NCBI GenBank assembly: GCA_029287915.1
Contig: JARFQE010000096.1
Location: 3,238-67,237, forward strand
Source: Arenicellales bacterium
Lineage (GTDB): Bacteria > Pseudomonadota > Gammaproteobacteria > BMS3Bbin11
Direction of reading: 5' to 3'
DNA length: 64,000 nucleotides
The stretch's first letter is position 1. Each line of letters begins with the position of its first letter. The notes beneath the pieces were generated by a model that searched no databases, was not told where the DNA came from, and was given only the letters and a program-made list of their open reading frames with translations. The position numbers were made by a program, and so were the translations under genes. Shown here in pieces: positions 61,796 through 64,000 of the stretch.

Positions 61796-62395
61796 ATGAA
61801 AAATAAATATGCTGTCAAATCGTTTATGCTTGTAGCGTTAATCATCAGCCTTGCTGCATGCAGCAAAACACCAGCTGCCCGGTTTTATACCTTAAGCCCT
61901 CTGGCCGAGGAGGTGAAAGGGGATACCTTAGGCGGCAGCAAAGTTATTATCGGCATTGCCGAGGTCGAGGTCTCGCCCTACCTGAACCGGTCAGAGATTA
62001 TTACTCGCAGCAGCGCTACGCAGGTCCAGTTGGCCCAGTATGACCGCTGGGCTGAACCGCTGGAGGACATCGTTGCCATGACAGTGTCCGAAAATATCTC
62101 CCGTCTACTGCCTGCAATACAAACGATAACTAGTCCATGGCCTGAAGCAGACGTCAACTACATGCTTGCAATAAAGATCAAACGCTTTGATAGCGATGAC
62201 ACCGGTAATATCAGGCTCGACGTAAGTTGGGGCATCATCGATCAGAAACAGCGTTCTATGATTGCCGTTCATGAATCCAGTATCAGACGATCCGGTACGT
62301 CCGCTGATTATGATTCAATAGTAATACAAATGAGCCAGGCATTGCTTGAGCTGAGCAAGGAGATCGCGACACAGCTAACAAAGACAAAAAAATAA
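61796..62395 (+). CDS. pqiC: PqiC-family outer-membrane lipoprotein
   Basis: LAAC lipobox, FYTL, YLNRSEI and RWAEPL. Confidence 0.9.
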   Translation: MKNKYAVKSFMLVALIISLAACSKTPAARFYTLSPLAEEVKGDTLGGSKVIIGIAEVEVSPYLNRSEIITRSSATQVQLAQYDRWAEPLEDIVAMTVSENISRLLPAIQTITSPWPEADVNYMLAIKIKRFDSDDTGNIRLDVSWGIIDQKQRSMIAVHESSIRRSGTSADYDSIVIQMSQALLELSKEIATQLTKTKK

Positions 62396-62473
62396 GGTTT
62401 AGTTATATCAGGTATTAGGAAAAAAAATGAAAATTTGTTTTATAGATAACAACATCAACCAAATATAATTTTT

Positions 62474-62543
62474 GTAAAACGTAAAACGTAAAACGTAAAA
62501 CGTAAAACGTAAAACGTAAAACGTAAAACGTAAAACGTAAAAC
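62474..62543 (+). repeat. Perfect heptamer tandem repeat (GTAAAAC)10
   Basis: Ten exact copies counted, ending 38 bp before the AI-2E start codon. Confidence 0.97.
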
Positions 62544-62581
62544 GATACAAATCTAACACGCAGGATAAACGAGAAAAACCT

Positions 62582-63691
62582 ATGAACGATCCTGAAACAG
62601 GTTTTACTGAAGAAAAAATACAGAAGATAGCCGTCGATACAGTGCTCAGGATCGGCTTACTGGTCGCTCTCATGTTCTGGTGTTTCCAGATCATCTCGCC
62701 TTTTCTTTATCCGATAGTGTGGGGCATCATTATTGCCGTCGCATCATATGGCAGCTATGAGCGCCTGACCGAACTGATCGGCGGCCGACCGATACTGGCA
62801 GCCATACTGGTCATCCTGATATTCCTTGCCGTGATGATTGTTCCTGTTGCTCTGCTGATTGAGAGCATGGTCAATGGCATAGGTGTCCTGGCTGATGAGG
62901 CACGTCAGGGAACATTAAAGATACCGCCACCGCCAGAGAGGGTCGCCGGATGGCCGCTGGTAGGTGAAACGCTGCATGGGATATGGCTCAAGGCATCAGT
63001 CAATATTGATGCGGTACTGAAACAGTTCGCCCCGCAGCTTAAGTCGATGGGAAAGTGGTTGTTGTCTGCTGCTGCAGATACCGGTTTTGGCCTGCTGCAG
63101 TTTGTGTTTTCCATTCTCATTGCCGGTATATTTCTGGCTAATGCCTCGTCCTCCCGTGGTTCAATGATGTCATTCGCGAGAAGGTTGTCCGGTGATAAAG
63201 GGGAAGAATTTGTTAATATCGCTGCGAAAACGGTCAATGGTGTAACCAGAGGGATTCTGGGCGTGGCGATAATTCAGGGCATTCTGGCCGGCCTGGGTTT
63301 TCTTGTTGTCGGTATTCCGGGCGCCGGTCTCTGGGCCTTCCTGGCGATGGTGCTCGCAATCATCCAGATAGGAATATTGCCGGTGACTATTCCAGCAATT
63401 ATATATATATTCTCGACGGCTGAACCCATCACCGCAGTGCTGTTTCTGATCTGGAACATAATTATCAGTACTGCTGATAATCTTCTGAAACCACTGCTAA
63501 TGGGCAAGGGAGCCCCTGTACCGATGCCGGTCATATTTATCGGCGCTCTTGGTGGTTTCATGGCTTCCGGTATTCTTGGTTTGTTTACCGGTGCGATCAT
63601 CCTGTCGATTGGCTATACACTTTACTATGCGTGGTTACAGCAGGCTGCTGATTCCGATACAGGACCCGAGGCTCTTAAGGACAAACCGTAA
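62582..63691 (+). CDS. AI-2E family transporter (YdiK-like)
   Basis: PFLYPIVWGIIIA, WPLVG, DNLLKPLLMG and GGFMASGILGLFTG. Confidence 0.9.
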   Translation: MNDPETGFTEEKIQKIAVDTVLRIGLLVALMFWCFQIISPFLYPIVWGIIIAVASYGSYERLTELIGGRPILAAILVILIFLAVMIVPVALLIESMVNGIGVLADEARQGTLKIPPPPERVAGWPLVGETLHGIWLKASVNIDAVLKQFAPQLKSMGKWLLSAAADTGFGLLQFVFSILIAGIFLANASSSRGSMMSFARRLSGDKGEEFVNIAAKTVNGVTRGILGVAIIQGILAGLGFLVVGIPGAGLWAFLAMVLAIIQIGILPVTIPAIIYIFSTAEPITAVLFLIWNIIISTADNLLKPLLMGKGAPVPMPVIFIGALGGFMASGILGLFTGAIILSIGYTLYYAWLQQAADSDTGPEALKDKP

Positions 63692-63760
63692 CAAGTAGAT
63701 CCAATAGAAAATGATTTTCGTATATGCTTTTATGACAAACTTATATAACAAATTCACAAT

Positions 63761-64000
63761 ATGACAATGAACAGAATACCGCAGCTTGTTTCAGCCTTCG
63801 TTTTTCTTGTTATCAGCGGCTGTGCGTCTCTGCCAGAAAATACAAACCGGCAGGAATCTTACGCATTCAATAAGCCGGAAACTACTGAGCTGGGTAAAAA
63901 GTACGCACAACGAGCAGTCAAACATCCAGCCGGCCAGTCAGGATACCACCTGTTATCTGACGGACTAGATGCATTCGTGGCACGTGCCGCACTGGCGCAG
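63761..64000 (+). CDS. Phospholipase D family lipoprotein (ClsC/YmdC-like), 3'-truncated
   Basis: Not in the ORF track. My translation is MTMNRIPQLVSAFVFLVISGCASLPEN...SGYHLLSDGLDAFVARAALAQ, with a lipobox (ISGC) and an N-terminus typical of ClsC-like PLDs. The HKD motifs would lie beyond the window. Confidence 0.75.
   Translation, partial: MTMNRIPQLVSAFVFLVISGCASLPENTNRQESYAFNKPETTELGKKYAQRAVKHPAGQSGYHLLSDGLDAFVARAALAQ

Noticed and set aside
62455..62694. Minus-strand ORF with FTFYVLR repeats
   Set aside because: It is a translation of the heptamer DNA repeat and overlaps the AI-2E gene in antisense.
63686..63760. CCGTAAC-AAGTA-GATCCAA after the AI-2E stop resembles the left half of an attC
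   Set aside because: There is no matching L'/GTT right half and no complementary core before the gene.
63786..63968. 60-aa ORF in the provided track
   Set aside because: Wrong frame. The credible gene is the PLD-like lipoprotein from 63761, which runs off the window.

Overview
Chromosomal window from a gammaproteobacterium. A marine or sulfur-oxidiser-like lifestyle is a weak inference from gene content. About 60 CDS are supportable, and I found no rRNA, tRNA, CRISPR array, transposase or phage genes. Housekeeping blocks are purT; divergent speA/speE; apaG, yrfG and nudE; dapF-DUF484-xerC; oxyR-rubrerythrin-FeS oxidoreductase-DUF3501; yciK-rmuC-gph/mupP-ubiG-mtaD; mtnA; and hemF. They are interleaved with single accessory genes. 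Five observations stand out. (1) A PNPOx-like gene after purT is bracketed by two attC-like sites with a non-canonical but mutually complementary GTC/GAC core, which suggests an orphan integron cassette with no integrase in the window. (2) An 11.5-kb co-oriented envelope-lipid locus holds two AsmA-like bridge proteins, a tandem Spy/CpxP-like protein, PqiA-A'-B-C, an AI-2E transporter and a phospholipase D, with a perfect (GTAAAAC)10 repeat inside it. (3) A stand-alone Cache/PDC protein lies behind a sigma-54 promoter with tandem NtrC-like sites. (4) An OxyR-type operator overlaps the oxyR stop codon in front of the rubrerythrin operon. (5) A class III cyclase with non-standard base-specificity residues sits next to an exported metallophosphoesterase. 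All product calls come from motif recognition by eye; no database search was run.
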